DNA of 64,000 bases from Deltaproteobacteria bacterium (GCA_034670305.1 JAXMNT010000007.1:96001-160000), one strand, 5' to 3'. Counted from the first letter of the stretch, positions 13,472 through 24,431 are shown. Notes: generated by a model from the letters alone, not told the origin. A program made the numbers and translations.

Positions 13472-14086
13472 CTACAGGACGCCGGTCGCCTCCAGGTACG
13501 CGATGACCTGGGCCGCGGACTCGTCGATCGAGAGCGCGCCCGTGTCCACCCGCAGTTCGGGGTCGATGGGTGCTTCGTAGGGCGCGCTGATCCCGGTGAA
13601 CTGGGGGATCTCGCCGCGCCGGGCTTTGGCGTAGAGGCCCTTGGGATCCCGCGCTTCGCAGACGCCCACGTCGGCGGCCACGTGCAGCTCGATGAAGCGG
13701 AGAGGCTGCAGCCGCGCTCGGACGAGCGCGCGGTCTTCGAGGTACGGGCTGATGAACGCGGTCAGCACGATCGCACCGGCGTCCGTGAAGAGCCGTGCGA
13801 CCTCGCCGACGCGCCGAACGTTCTCTTGGCGTTCTTTCGGATCGAACCCGAGGTCGACGTTGAGCCCATGCCGGACGTTGTCGCCGTCGAGCACGTACGC
13901 GAACGCGCCGCGCTCGATGAGCAGGCGCTCGACCCGATGGGCCAAGGTGCTCTTGCCGGAGCCGCTCAAGCCGGTCAGCCAGATCGTGGCGCCGCCGTGT
14001 CCGTGCGCTTTGCGGCGCGCGGATGCGTCCACTTCGCCGGCGTGCCACGTGAGGTTGTCTGCCTTCGGTTCTTTCGGAGCGTCCAC
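13472..14086 (-). CDS. cysC: Adenylyl-sulfate kinase
   Basis: TIWLTGLSGSGKST, LDGDNVRHGL, FISPY, RDPKGLY, FTGISAPYEAP. Confidence 0.97.
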   Translation of the reverse strand: MDAPKEPKADNLTWHAGEVDASARRKAHGHGGATIWLTGLSGSGKSTLAHRVERLLIERGAFAYVLDGDNVRHGLNVDLGFDPKERQENVRRVGEVARLFTDAGAIVLTAFISPYLEDRALVRARLQPLRFIELHVAADVGVCEARDPKGLYAKARRGEIPQFTGISAPYEAPIDPELRVDTGALSIDESAAQVIAYLEATGVL

Positions 14087-14179
14087 GGAGGCGGCATAGC
14101 AGGCCCGACGCCATCGGTCCCGGCCTCGGTCTGCAGATGCGGGGTGCGCCGCCCGGGGGACCGGCCTATGAGGACGGTC

Positions 14180-14632
14180 ATGGTTCGGTTGCTTGGCGTG
14201 GACCCGGGGAGGGTGCGGATCGGGCTCGCGCTCTCGGACGAGGCGAACGGCACGATGGCGCTCCCATGGCGCACGGTGGCCCGAGGCCAGAGCGACCGAG
14301 AAGGCGCCCGCGCGGTGAAACGTGAACTCGCTGGGGCCGAGACCACCGTCGGCGAGGTCATCGTGGGTCTCCCGCTTCGACTCGATGGGACCGAGGGGGA
14401 AGCGGCTCGGCGTGCCAGACGTTTCGGGGACGTGCTGGGGGACGAACTCGGAGTGCCTGTGACGTACTGGGACGAGCGGCTGACCACCGTGTCGGCGGAG
14501 CGCGGTCTGCGCACGTTGGGCGTGAGTGGTCGAAAGCAGAAGCAGGTGGTGGACCAGGCCGCGGCCGCCATCTTGCTGCAGAGTTGCCTCGACGCGCGCG
14601 TCGCCCAGCGCACTCGGTCGGAGGAGGAATGA
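14180..14632 (+). CDS. ruvX: YqgF/RuvX pre-16S rRNA nuclease
   Basis: LGVDPGRVRIGLALSD, VGLPL..DG, WDERLTT, VDQAAAAILLQ. Confidence 0.93.
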   Translation: MVRLLGVDPGRVRIGLALSDEANGTMALPWRTVARGQSDREGARAVKRELAGAETTVGEVIVGLPLRLDGTEGEAARRARRFGDVLGDELGVPVTYWDERLTTVSAERGLRTLGVSGRKQKQVVDQAAAAILLQSCLDARVAQRTRSEEE

Positions 14633-15714
14633 GCCGGCCGAAGCGCAAGCGCACGAAGCGCGGCAAACGGCTCATGCGCTTGCTCGGGCTCTTGCTGCTG
14701 GTGAGCATCGGCGCGCTCGCGTGGCTGCTGCTGGTCTACCCGCGCTCGGGCAACCATCGCCCGACGGAGTCGGTGGAGCTCGAGATCGCCGAACACGCCT
14801 CTGTCGCCGAGGTGGTGAACCAGCTCGCCGAAGCGGAACTCGTCGAGCGGCCCTTCGTCTTCTCGATCTACCTGCGCCTGCGCGGCGTGGGGAAGTCGCT
14901 CCGGCACGGCACCGTGTTGCTCGGCCGCGGGCTCTCGCCTGAAGCACTCGCGGCGCGACTCGACGACCGGCGCGAAGACCACTTGGTGCGGGTGACATTG
15001 CCGGAGGGCATTCACCGGTTCGACATCGCGGAGCGGCTCGCGGCCGCGGGCATCTGCGACCGCGACGCGTTTCTCGAAGCGTCGCTCGAGCGCCGCGATG
15101 GGCTGCCCGGCACCGCGGAAGGCATGTTGTTCCCGGACACCTATGAGTTTCGTCGGGGCAGCGATCCAAGGCGCGTGAGCCGGCGCATGCAGCGGGTCTT
15201 CGAACAACGCATGGAGGCGGTGCGTGAGCGGCACGCGGCGCGACTGACCGAGCTCGGTGAAACCCTGGGCTGGACGTTTCAGGAAGTGCTCACACTCGCA
15301 TCGGTGGTGGAGAAAGAAGCGGCCGTCGCCGTGGAGCGCCGGACCATCGCGGGGGTGTTCCTGAACCGGCTGCAAAGCGAGACCTTCCGGCCCTTGCAGC
15401 GACTTCAAGCGGACCCGACGGTGAGTTACGGATGCATCGCCGAACCAAACGCGACGCCCAGCTGCGCGAACTTCGGCGGCACGATCACCCGCGCGATGCT
15501 CAACGATTCGGGCAACCGCTACAACACGTACCGGCACCCGGGGTTGCCGCCGACCCCGATCTGCAACCCTGGCCTTCCGTCGATCGAAGCCGTCCTCGAT
15601 CCCGAACCACACGACTACCTCTACTTCGTGGCGCGCGGCCACGGGCGGCACTCGTTCAGCGCGACCCTCGAGGAGCACAACGAAGCGGTCGCCCGGTACC
15701 GCGCCCAGCAGTGA
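14629..15714 (+). CDS. mltG: Endolytic transglycosylase
   Basis: N-terminal TM, VTLPEG, EGMLFPDTY, LASVVEKE, LQADPT, YNTY..PGLPPTPICNPG. Confidence 0.95.
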   Translation: MSRPKRKRTKRGKRLMRLLGLLLLVSIGALAWLLLVYPRSGNHRPTESVELEIAEHASVAEVVNQLAEAELVERPFVFSIYLRLRGVGKSLRHGTVLLGRGLSPEALAARLDDRREDHLVRVTLPEGIHRFDIAERLAAAGICDRDAFLEASLERRDGLPGTAEGMLFPDTYEFRRGSDPRRVSRRMQRVFEQRMEAVRERHAARLTELGETLGWTFQEVLTLASVVEKEAAVAVERRTIAGVFLNRLQSETFRPLQRLQADPTVSYGCIAEPNATPSCANFGGTITRAMLNDSGNRYNTYRHPGLPPTPICNPGLPSIEAVLDPEPHDYLYFVARGHGRHSFSATLEEHNEAVARYRAQQ

Positions 15715-15718
15715 GCTC

Positions 15719-16693
15719 GTGTCGGACGGACGGACACGCCTCTTCGGCGACCCCCAGCTCGACCTCTTCGGGCGCGCGATCGAGGAACCTCAGCTCGACC
15801 TCGAAGCGCTCGGGGCGCTCGCGGCGCGTCTTCCGAAGGCGCTCCGGTTCGGCACGTCGAGTTGGACGTTTCCCGGGTGGGCCGGCATCGTCTACCGGGA
15901 GCGTTACCGCAACGAGAAGGCGTTCGTGCGAGAGTCGCTTCGCGAGTACGCGCGCCACCCGTTGCTGCGAACGGTTGGCATCGATCGGAGCTTCTACGGC
16001 CCGCTGACCGCGAAGGATTACCAGCACTACGCGTCGCTTCTGCCGGCGGATTTTCGCTGCGTGCAGAAGGTCTGGTCGGCCATCAGCACCCGTGTGTTTG
16101 CGAGCGGCGATGCACGCGGGCGGGTCAATCCATCGTTCCTGGATCTGGACTTGCTCGAGTCGGTGTTGCGTCCGCTGCGCGAGGCCCGGTTCGAACCACA
16201 CCAGGGTCCGATCCTCGTCTGCGTGCCGCCGGCGCCTGGACCCGTGAACGCGGATGGCTTCGCGCGGGTCGTCGCGCGGTTCCTCGAAGGGGCGCCCCGC
16301 GACTTCACGTTCGGGTTCGAGCTTCGAGACGTGCGTCTCTTGTCGCCGCAGTACGTGGACGCGCTCGGCGCCCATGGCGGCGTGCATGTCTTCAACTACT
16401 GGGAACGCATGCCACAGCTGGCCGAGCAACGCGCCCGCATCGGGGTCCTGCCTGGGCCGCTCGTCGTCCGCTTGATGATTCCGCCGGGGGAGCAGTATGC
16501 GAAGCAGAAGGCGCTGCTCGAGCCCTTCGATCGACTCGCGGCACCGCAGCCCGAGATGCGGGCGCAGACCGTCGCGCTCATCCAAGAGTTCAGCGACCTC
16601 GACCGCGACGCTTACGTCATCGCCAACAACAAGGCGGAAGGCTGCAGCCCACTGACCGTGCGGGCGATCGCAGAGTCACTCACACGTTCTTGA
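15719..16693 (+). CDS. DUF72/YecE family protein
   Basis: RFGTSSW.FPGW.G.VY, VGIDRSFY, ELRD, NNKAEG motifs. Confidence 0.88.
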   Translation: MSDGRTRLFGDPQLDLFGRAIEEPQLDLEALGALAARLPKALRFGTSSWTFPGWAGIVYRERYRNEKAFVRESLREYARHPLLRTVGIDRSFYGPLTAKDYQHYASLLPADFRCVQKVWSAISTRVFASGDARGRVNPSFLDLDLLESVLRPLREARFEPHQGPILVCVPPAPGPVNADGFARVVARFLEGAPRDFTFGFELRDVRLLSPQYVDALGAHGGVHVFNYWERMPQLAEQRARIGVLPGPLVVRLMIPPGEQYAKQKALLEPFDRLAAPQPEMRAQTVALIQEFSDLDRDAYVIANNKAEGCSPLTVRAIAESLTRS

Positions 16694-16732
16694 AGTCAGT
16701 CTCGCGAAGCGAGCCAGGCGTCTCACCGGAGC

Positions 16733-18039
16733 TCAGAACGCGAGGGTCTGGTCGTACTGGCCCGCGACGAAGGCGCCATGGGCGAGAACCTTCCGGATCT
16801 CATCGCGGTTGGTGGTGACCGGAGGCGCCTCGCTGATCGCCAGAAGCCGATCAAGGGTCAAGAGCGCCTGATGCCGAATCGCGGCGTGGCAGGTGAGCTT
16901 CGCGATGCGCGGCCAGTCGTCCGGCGGCACGCCCGCGCCGGGCACGACGGACGCTTCGATGCGGGCGCGGCTCTGCGGGAGCGTGAGGAACCGGAGGTCT
17001 TCCACGATCTGAGTCCGGCTCGCCTCGTCGGTGCCGAGCAGTTGGGCGCCGATCGCGTGACCCGTCGTTTGAAGCAGCGTGACGTCGTCGTTCAAAGGCT
17101 CGCCCGCCGCGCAGCGAAGCTGAAGCTCGACGAGATCGAGGCCGGTGACCATCTCGAACACGGCGTGCAGGTTCGGAAGCCCGAGACGCGCGCCGCGCAC
17201 AAACACGCGCGCGTGTTCGTCGAGCAACATCTGGACGCCCAGCAGGCCGCAGTGGTCGAGTCCACGTGCGATGCGGATGCCCACGTCGAACATGTACTCA
17301 CGGACCGCTTCGCCGTATCCGCGGAAGACGAGCTCCGGCGAGGGGCATTCGCGCACCAGCCCACGGCCGTCGCGGACGATGCTGGTCTCGCCCTCCGCGA
17401 GCGCGCAGACGTCGCCGTGGGAGTCGGCCGCGAGCAAGACTTCGATGCTGCGCGAGCGTGGGATCCAGCGCTCGACGACGATCGGTCCTTCGGGCACGTC
17501 GAGACGCATGACGTCCCACACCTTGAAGAGGTCGTCTTCGTCGTCGACGACCCGGTGTCCGATGCCGGAGCGTGCGAGCCGTGGGGCGAGCCGGATCGGG
17601 TAGCCGATCTCGTCCGCGATCTCGATCGCTTCGGAGAGGACGTTGGCGGAGCCGCCAGGAAGGAAGCGAACGTCGACGGCGTCGGCGACGGCGCGCAGCG
17701 CGATGCGGTCGCGCACGAGCGCGAGCACATCCGGGTCCACGCCGACGAACGGGATGCCTTCCGCTTCCAAGCACCGCGCCAGTTCGTGGTGCTCGGTGTG
17801 CGACGCGTACCCCGGGTACACCGCGTCGACCTTCGCCTTCTTCGCGATGGCGAGCACGGTCTCCGGCGGCACGGTTCCGTTGACCGCCTCGACTTCGAAG
17901 TTCTCGTCGCACGCGTCGACGTGCACGCTCTCGGTGGGATGGCTGTGCAGGCCAATGACGTCGATGCCGAGCCGTTTGCAAGTGCGGGCCACGCGCGCTG
18001 CGGCTTCCCCGCGCCGCGCGATCAAGATGCGTTGGAACA

Positions 18040-18040
<1 letters not shown>
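16733..18040 (-). CDS. Biotin carboxylase homolog lacking catalytic residues (pseudoenzyme)
   Basis: Collinear with AccC over its full length (ILIARRGE, YPGY, IGYP, EMVTGLDLVELQLRCAAG, GHAI), but ATP-grasp and catalytic residues are replaced; TGATG overlap with eno. Confidence 0.85.
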
Positions 18041-19419
<1,379 letters not shown>

Positions 19420-19432
19420 TCACAGTGACGAC

Positions 19433-19882
19433 GTGCCGGTTTTCGTTTCTTCGCAGGGCGTCCGTCGTCGTCCCATCCAGAACTCCACCGTTCGGCTGCG
19501 GGCCGAGCGCATGTTGAAGGCGCTGCGCCGCGGGAAGGCCGAACTCTCGATCCTCCTGTGCGACGACGAGACGATTCATCGCCTCAACCGGGAGTTCCGT
19601 AAGAAGGACCAGCCGACCGATGTGCTCGCGTTTGCGATGTCGGAGGGGGAGGGCGGCGCCCTGCACCCCGAGTTGCTGGGAGATGTGGTGATCTCCATCG
19701 ATACCGCCCGACGTCAGGCCAGCGACGCGAACCGGACGATCGCCTACGAGGTGACTTTCTTGCTCGCCCACGGACTGCTGCATCTTCTGGGATACGACCA
19801 CCGAGACGAGGATGAGCGCCGCGTCATGATGGCCCGGACCGACGGTTTGGTGGCCGCCGCGACCTCTCGGTTGTCCCCATGA
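19433..19882 (+). CDS. ybeY: rRNA maturation endoribonuclease
   Basis: LNREFRKKDQPTDVLAF, LGDVVIS, HGLLHLLGYDH. Confidence 0.95.
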   Translation: MPVFVSSQGVRRRPIQNSTVRLRAERMLKALRRGKAELSILLCDDETIHRLNREFRKKDQPTDVLAFAMSEGEGGALHPELLGDVVISIDTARRQASDANRTIAYEVTFLLAHGLLHLLGYDHRDEDERRVMMARTDGLVAAATSRLSP

Positions 19883-20191
19883 ACTGGGGATAACTCTGCG
19901 GATTGCGCCTCCGCCCCGGAGCCCTGGCGACCCGCCGGCGCGCCGCAATTCGGCGCAATTCCAAGGTGTTGCAACAGCCATGGCTCTGACTCTTCGTCGA
20001 ATCAGTTGCGAGACCACCCTGTGGAGAAGCTGGGGTCAAACCGTGGGGCAGTGCGTGGCGGGCCACGCTGCGCTGGGACCGATTGGGTCCGCGAAATGGG
20101 GCCATGCCAGGCAGGGGCTAGAATGCGTTCTCGGTTTTCTTCGGTTCTTTTCGCAAATTGTGCTTGTCACGGTTGAACCAGCCGTGCATAG
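19871..20191. promoter_or_regulatory. Cluster of DnaA-box-like 9-mers between ybeY and HU
   Basis: TTGTCCCCA (19871,+), TTATCCCCA (19885,-), TTCTCCACA (20020,-), with weaker copies at 19897, 20031, 20042 and 20183 (all minus strand). Confidence 0.5.
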
Positions 20192-20270
20192 GTTCGCCCA
20201 CTTTTATGGGGCGATTCACGCCTCGCCCTGGCTTTCGCCGGGGAATATTGAAGGTTGAATGGAGGGAGCG

Positions 20271-20582
20271 ATGGCAGCTGGAAAGCGCATGACGAAGGCT
20301 CAGATCATCGGCGAGCTCGCAGAGCGAACCGGCCTGACCAAGCGTGAGGTATCTGCGGTCTTCGAAGGGATGCGCGATCTCATCAAGCGTGAGCTTGGAA
20401 AGCGCGGACCGAAGGAGTTCGTGGTTCCGGATCTCATCAAGCTGAAGCTCAAGGAAGTTCCGGCGGCGAAGAACAAGAAGTTCCGCAACCCCGGTACGGG
20501 CGAGATCTTCTACAAGGACGTCCCGAAGTCGAAGAAGCTTCGTGCAACGCCCTTGAAGAAGCTCAAGGACATCGTCCTCTGA
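20271..20582 (+). CDS. HU/IHF family DNA-binding protein
   Basis: MTKAQIIGELAERTGLTK, RNPGTGE beta-arm motif, basic composition, GGAGG RBS. Confidence 0.92.
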   Translation: MAAGKRMTKAQIIGELAERTGLTKREVSAVFEGMRDLIKRELGKRGPKEFVVPDLIKLKLKEVPAAKNKKFRNPGTGEIFYKDVPKSKKLRATPLKKLKDIVL

Positions 20583-20588
20583 GACGAA

Positions 20589-20640
20589 TCACCTTCGGGT
20601 GAAGAGGGGAAGCGTGCCTTCGGGCGCGCTTTTTCTTTTT
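20589..20640 (+). terminator. Rho-independent terminator preceded by a second UUCG hairpin
   Basis: TCACC-TTCG-GGTGA, then AAGCGTGCC-TTCG-GGCGCGCTT followed by TTTCTTTTT. Confidence 0.9.
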
Positions 20641-20694
20641 AACCTGCGCGCGTTCGCTGAACTCCGACTCGACGGCGTTCAAGCGCGCGAAGGT

Positions 20695-22104
20695 TCACTC
20701 GCCCGGACCGTCGGACCCGGTCGCCACGCCGTCCGAACCCTCGTTGCCAGGACCGTCTGATCCGGGCGCGTCCATCGCGGTCGACTCCATGGGCGTGGGG
20801 TCTGCGCTTCCGCGTTGCTCTTGCCGCAGGCGACGTTCCCGCGCCCGCTGTCGCGACACCAGCGCACCCTCGAGGTAGCTGATCACCAACCGCGTCTGTG
20901 AGACGGTCAGCGCCGCTTCGATTTCGACCCGCGCCCCGTCCCGTTCCATGCGCGCATCGCGAAGCGGGCGACCCATGCCGCTGATGGCCACGAACGGGTT
21001 GCCCATCAGACGCTCGCGCTGCTCTTCCCAGTACGCGACCGCGACCTCGGCCTCTGCGGCGTTCGGGAACACCGCCATGCCTTCGAGGACGATGTGGGTC
21101 GGGTCTCGGTGACGCACGGACGCCCGCAGGCTCTGAGGCATCAGTTCGGGCCGGCCTCGACGTTGAAAGGCCCGGATGCCTTCCATCTCCACAGTGAACG
21201 CCGCCTCTGCCCCCATGGAGAGCAGCGCATCCGGACCAGCGGCGTCCTCGAGATCCGGGTTCTCTTCGGGATCGGCTTCGTCGCGTGCGCGCGCAATCGC
21301 CAGCACCCGGACCAGATCCTCTGGCCGGGTGATGGTGAAATGCCGGGGTCCCACGATCGCGATGACCCGCTCGGTCTCGTCTTCGTTCGGCCAGTTCGCC
21401 ACCGGCACACCGCCTTGGGTGCGCCAAGTGACCGCCACGTCGCGGGCGGCGCCGAACCGCGCGGCGACCTCCCGCACGTAGGCGTGGCCTGCACCGGCTT
21501 CCTCGCCTGCGTGGTTGTGCCGGCCGGCGATCACCAGCTGCGCACGCTGGAGGTTGGGGCTGGCGATGAGAAGGCGATCCAGATCTTCGAGGGGGCGAAT
21601 GCCGCTGCCATCCAAGATGAGGTGCCAGTCCGGGATCGCGTTCAACAGCCCGCGCACGTCGGGGCCCAGCACGGATGCGCGCACCCGCGCGAGGTCGAGC
21701 CGCAGCGCGATCTGGGCGCCCGGAGGAATCCGAGACGTCCCCTCCGACGCGACCTCGGCGCCTTCGTCGCCTGCCTGCTCTGGTCCTGCGTCGACCCCTG
21801 CATCCGGCCTGCGCATCCCGGCATCGGGTGGAGGCGGCGGACCGGCATCCACCAAGGAGGTCTCTCCTTCGCCCTCGGGTTCGACCACGGGCTCGGTCTC
21901 GGGCGGGGGCTCCGGTTCGTTGGGCACGGCAGCGGCCATCATCTCGTCCGACATGCCCAGTTCGATGTCCATCGGGAGTTCGAACTCGAAGTCGAACTCG
22001 GGCGGCTTGGCGCAGACCCCCACACCGATGGCGAGCGCCGCGTGGAAGACGAGCGAGAGCGTGGCGCCGAACACGGTCGCACGGGCTGCCTGGGCGTCGT
22101 TCAC
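20695..22104 (-). CDS. Hypothetical bitopic protein with a TonB/TolA-like SxxxH anchor and Pro/Glu-rich linker
   Basis: N-terminal TM containing SLVFH, EPEPPPETEP and DAG linker, globular C-terminal region; GGAGG RBS. Confidence 0.75.
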   Translation of the reverse strand: MNDAQAARATVFGATLSLVFHAALAIGVGVCAKPPEFDFEFELPMDIELGMSDEMMAAAVPNEPEPPPETEPVVEPEGEGETSLVDAGPPPPPDAGMRRPDAGVDAGPEQAGDEGAEVASEGTSRIPPGAQIALRLDLARVRASVLGPDVRGLLNAIPDWHLILDGSGIRPLEDLDRLLIASPNLQRAQLVIAGRHNHAGEEAGAGHAYVREVAARFGAARDVAVTWRTQGGVPVANWPNEDETERVIAIVGPRHFTITRPEDLVRVLAIARARDEADPEENPDLEDAAGPDALLSMGAEAAFTVEMEGIRAFQRRGRPELMPQSLRASVRHRDPTHIVLEGMAVFPNAAEAEVAVAYWEEQRERLMGNPFVAISGMGRPLRDARMERDGARVEIEAALTVSQTRLVISYLEGALVSRQRARERRLRQEQRGSADPTPMESTAMDAPGSDGPGNEGSDGVATGSDGPGE

Positions 22105-22146
22105 AGGCGGACCTCCGGGTGGTCGGTTTGACCGTGTGGAGGTGGC

Positions 22147-24042
22147 GTGAAACTACGGCTTGCGATGGTTTCTTCGTCTCGAGAACGTTCTGTCCGCTGG
22201 GTTCTGATCGCGCTGTTGCTCGCTTCTGCGTGCGGGGAGTCCGGGGTTGGGGTCGAGGAGGCGCCAGAGATCGACCGCGAAGCCGCCGAAGCGGACGAGA
22301 CGGACGACCTCGAAGGGGCCGACGAGGCCGAGGCGCCAGCGCCCGTCGTGGACACCGGCCCGCCCAAACGCATCTTCGCCCGTCGTTTCGTGGTGCCCGT
22401 CCGTGCGGAGCCGTCTCGGGATGCGGAACGAATCGGGTACCTGCGCGCGGGTGCGGTGCTGATGGCGAAGACCTCCCAGCCGGTGGGCACGGAACGATGC
22501 CGCGGCGGGTGGTACGAGCTTACCTCGGGTGGGTTCGTCTGCAACGGCCGACACGTCACCGCCTTCGAAGGCGAACGGCTGCCGGAACGCCGAGGACGTC
22601 AGCCCAGCCGCGAAGACGTGCTGCCTTACGAGTACGGTTTCGTGCGGCGTCGGGCGCCGATGTACCGACGCCTTCCCACCATCGAAGAGGCCTCGGAACA
22701 CGAAGGCTTCCGGATCCCCGGCGCCGCGCCGGCGGCCGGTTCCGAGGGCGACGATGGATCCGAGATGGCGGCGATGGACACCACCATGACCGACACTGCG
22801 ATGACGCAGACCGCGATGACAGAGACCGCGATGACGGAGACCGCGATGACGGAGACCGCGATGGCCGACACCGCGATGGCCGCCATGGTGGAGATGGCCA
22901 GTCCCATGGTGACGGCGATGGCCCACGATCCCGAGCCCGCGTCGGGCGAGACCGGCACCAACCTCGAGACCAGCGACGACGAAGAAGAAGAAGACACCGG
23001 ACCGACGCTCGAGACACTCGCGGGCGACCCGGAGAGCATCGTCATGCGGTGGATGATGCGCGGGTTCTTCGTGAGCCTCGACCGCGATTTCCGCCGCGCT
23101 GGACGACGCTACTGGCGCACCCAGAACAACGGCTTCGTCCCGCATGGGGCGATCATCACCCGCAGCGGCAGCGAGTTCGTCGGCACCGAGCTGCCGGGGA
23201 TCCCCGCGGACTCCGAAGCGGCAGAGGCGATCGCCAACTCGCAGGCGGACCCCGAGCCAGAAGAAGTGGCCGAGGAGGCGGATGGCGAGCCGGAGGGCGA
23301 AGAAGAGGGCGACCAAGAGCAAGACGTCGCCGTCCGCGCACCGCAACTGCCGTATGCGTGGACCTTGTCGAGCCGGGTCAACGCCTACAGCCGCAACGAA
23401 ACCAACGGTTCGTTCCGGCGGGCCCGCGGAAACGTCGAGTACCACGAAGGGTTCAGCGTGGTGGCCGAGGAGGTCTGGCGCGACGACACGTACTTCGCAG
23501 ACGCTCAGGGGCGATGGTTCCGTGATCGCGATGTTCGGGTGGCCCGCTTGCAGAGCCGCCCTCGACGACTGCCCGAGACCACCCACAAGTGGCTCGACAT
23601 CAACCTCGCCTCCCAGACACTCGTCGCCTACGAAGGCGAGACCCCGGTGTACGCGACGCTCATCTCATCCGGCAAAGCCGATCGGGTCGAGAACCCGGAT
23701 GAGAGCTGGCGCACGATCGACGGGATCTTCCACGTGAAGTCCAAACATCTGACCGACACGATGGACGGTGACACCGCGGTCGACGGCCCGTACTCCGTCG
23801 ACGACGTGCCGTACGTCATGTACTTCGAGCTCGCCTACGCGCTGCACTCCGCCTTCTGGCACAACGGGTTCGGACGCCCCCGCAGTCACGGTTGCGTGAA
23901 CCTCTCGCCCCTCGACGCGCGCCACGTCTTCAACTGGGCGGACCCTCCGTTGCCCAACGGCTGGCACTCCGTCTATCCGGTGGAGGGGGGGCCACGGACC
24001 GGCATCTACATCCACGGCGAGACCCCTCGGCCGGGGCACTGA
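22147..24042 (+). CDS. L,D-transpeptidase (YkuD) lipoprotein
   Basis: Lipobox LASAC; C-terminal WLDINLASQTLVAYEG...ALHSAFWH.GFG.PRSHGCVN. Confidence 0.92.
   Translation: MKLRLAMVSSSRERSVRWVLIALLLASACGESGVGVEEAPEIDREAAEADETDDLEGADEAEAPAPVVDTGPPKRIFARRFVVPVRAEPSRDAERIGYLRAGAVLMAKTSQPVGTERCRGGWYELTSGGFVCNGRHVTAFEGERLPERRGRQPSREDVLPYEYGFVRRRAPMYRRLPTIEEASEHEGFRIPGAAPAAGSEGDDGSEMAAMDTTMTDTAMTQTAMTETAMTETAMTETAMADTAMAAMVEMASPMVTAMAHDPEPASGETGTNLETSDDEEEEDTGPTLETLAGDPESIVMRWMMRGFFVSLDRDFRRAGRRYWRTQNNGFVPHGAIITRSGSEFVGTELPGIPADSEAAEAIANSQADPEPEEVAEEADGEPEGEEEGDQEQDVAVRAPQLPYAWTLSSRVNAYSRNETNGSFRRARGNVEYHEGFSVVAEEVWRDDTYFADAQGRWFRDRDVRVARLQSRPRRLPETTHKWLDINLASQTLVAYEGETPVYATLISSGKADRVENPDESWRTIDGIFHVKSKHLTDTMDGDTAVDGPYSVDDVPYVMYFELAYALHSAFWHNGFGRPRSHGCVNLSPLDARHVFNWADPPLPNGWHSVYPVEGGPRTGIYIHGETPRPGH
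22786..22875 (+). repeat. Six 15-bp intragenic repeats encoding M-T-E-T-A pentapeptides
   Basis: Consensus ATGACGGAGACCGCG repeated six times. Confidence 0.95.
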
Positions 24043-24267
24043 TTCTCAGCAGTCGCCCGCTGGGTGCGCATGGACCGGACACCGGGCGGATCGGTTTCGA
24101 CCTTTCAACCAGCGCCAGGAACGTGCCCATTGGGGCATTTTGCGCTACGCCCGGCGGGTGCTGTCATCCGCTCCGGATTCGCCGACCGTGTCGTGGCCGA
24201 TACGCCTGCGATTCCAGGAGGTTGCAAGGCTGACCGTGCAAACTTCGGACACCCGTTTGCCCCGCGT

Positions 24268-24283
24268 TGGCACGTCGTGTGCT
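24268..24283 (+). promoter_or_regulatory. Sigma54 -24/-12 promoter
   Basis: TGGCACGTCGTGTGCT (GG-N10-GC); palindrome TGCCC-N4-GGGCA at 24124-24137 is a candidate UAS. Confidence 0.7.
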
Positions 24284-24382
24284 CCATCCGTGGCCAAGAA
24301 AAAAGACGAAACGTTTTTGTGTCGCTTTCGACTGCGAAACGTACCTAGCCGGGGACGGGCGCCAAGTCCTTCCGTTGCTCTT

Positions 24383-24399
24383 GTTCACACAGTGTGAAC
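24383..24399. promoter_or_regulatory. Perfect 17-bp palindrome, operator-like
   Basis: GTTCACAC-A-GTGTGAAC, 32 bp upstream of the IPCT-like start codon. Confidence 0.55.
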
Positions 24400-24431
24400 G
24401 CCAGATACACCTCTCCTACCTTCGAGCCCCC

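Noticed and set aside
13280-14632. 450-aa ORF ending in RuvX
   Set aside because: The upstream part is antisense to cysC; the real start is near 14180.
19883-20258. oriC or ncRNA call for the ybeY-HU intergenic region
   Set aside because: No dnaA/dnaN nearby, no perfect DnaA boxes and no recognisable RNA family fold; reported only as a DnaA-box-like cluster.
24290-24397. Possible 35-aa leader peptide (VAKKKDETF...)
   Set aside because: The GTG lies slightly upstream of the predicted sigma54 TSS and has no RBS; unsupported.
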